A DNA stretch of 64,000 nucleotides from assembly GCF_963921235.1 (NCBI RefSeq), contig NC_086097.1, positions 249,738,001 through 249,802,000 of the forward strand, given 5' to 3'. This stretch comes from Mobula hypostoma (taxonomy: Eukaryota). Both the position numbers and the translations under genes were made by a program. How positions within the stretch are numbered: position 1 is the first letter of the stretch; the number at the start of each line of letters is the position of its first letter. The notes under the pieces are model-generated. The model made no database searches. It had not been told where the DNA came from and saw only the letters and a program-made list of their open reading frames with translations. Below, piece after piece: positions 63,287 to 64,000 of this stretch.

Positions 63287-63680
63287 GAGCAGCCGGTCAG
63301 GGTAGCGAAGCAGCCCGCCAGTGTGTCGGAAGAGCTGGTCAGGATAACAGAGCAGCTGGTCGGGATAACAGAGGAGCCGGTCAGGATAGTGAAGCAGCCC
63401 ACCAGTGTGTCGGAGGAGCCGGTCGGGATAACAGAGCAGCTGGTCGGGATAACAGAGGAGCCGGTCAGGATATCGAAGCAGCCCACCAGTATGTCGGAGG
63501 AACCGGTCGGGATAACAGAGCAGCTGGTCGGGATAACAGAGGAGCCGGTCAGGATATCGAAGCAGCCCACCAGTGTGTCGGAGGAACCGGTCGGGATAAC
63601 AGAGCAGCTGGTCGGGATAACAGAGGAGCCGGTCAGGATATCGAAGCAGCCCGCCAGTGTGTTGGAGGAGTCGGTTTGGG
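63287..63680. repeat. Hierarchical minisatellite: 21-bp monomers in an 84-bp higher-order unit
   Basis: 18 complete 21-mers in the order A-B-C-D repeated 4.5 times, e.g. gaggagccggtcaggatatcg / aagcagcccaccagtgtgtcg / gaggaaccggtcgggataaca / gagcagctggtcgggataaca. Confidence 0.92.
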
Positions 63681-63819
63681 AGCGAATTAGCTGACCTGGC
63701 TGCAGACCATGTTGCTGCCTGTTACTCAGAAGCATCAGAGTTGGGGCAGTGTAACCGTGGGAGATTGTTGCCGACGTTACACTTGCGATCGCAAGGCTCT
63801 GCTGGACATTGATAATGTA

Positions 63820-64000
63820 CAGTGACTACAAAAAGTATCACCCCCATTGGAAGTTTTCATGTCTAATTGTTTTACAACACTGAATCACAGTGGATTTAAT
63901 TTGGCTTTTTTGACACTGATCAACAGAAAAGACTCTTTCCTGTCAAACTGAAAACAAATTTCTACAAATTGGTCTAAATTTATGCCAATTATTAAACACA
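63820..64000 (+). mobile_element. Left TIR of a Tc1 element running off the window
   Basis: TA|cagtgactacaaaaagtatcaccccc.ttggaagttttcatg. Same family as the element starting at 3734. Confidence 0.8.

Noticed and set aside
63287..63680. CRISPR-like array
   Set aside because: There are no unique spacers and no cas genes, and the context is eukaryotic. It is a tandem repeat.
47683..64000. Upstream DEPTOR exons (DEP1)
   Set aside because: I found no DEP1-like peptide with splice sites. These exons probably lie beyond the window, though a short exon could have been missed by eye.

Overview
This is eukaryotic, repeat-dense vertebrate DNA. The repeat set (HE1/V-SINE-like SINEs, esterase-ORF1 CR1s, Penelope-derived short elements) points to a cartilaginous fish, which is an inference. 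The only host gene I can support is DEPTOR on the minus strand: six coding exons (47682 down to 3150) encode the second DEP domain, the Ser-rich linker with the beta-TrCP degron, and the PDZ domain through the stop. All have canonical GT-AG sites and compatible phases, and I did not find the 5' exons in the window. The introns are largely nested transposon relics: CR1, Rex1/Babar-like, RTE, L1/Tx1, Penelope-like, a deleted Gypsy, Tc1, Chapaev3-like, and hAT and Harbinger-type MITEs and SINEs. The most notable signals are (1) a minimal hammerhead-ribozyme motif in Penelope-derived elements, with one intact copy in the DEPTOR pre-mRNA sense (16006-16041); (2) a sense LINE inserted 17 nt upstream of a DEPTOR exon that brings an AATAAA and a candidate branch point; (3) a ~4 kb inverted LINE pair with shared lesions; (4) a young tRNA/CORE-type SINE that resembles invertebrate SINEs; (5) a hierarchical 21/84-bp minisatellite flanked by palindromes. 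Repeat boundaries are approximate unless TSDs or TIRs are given.
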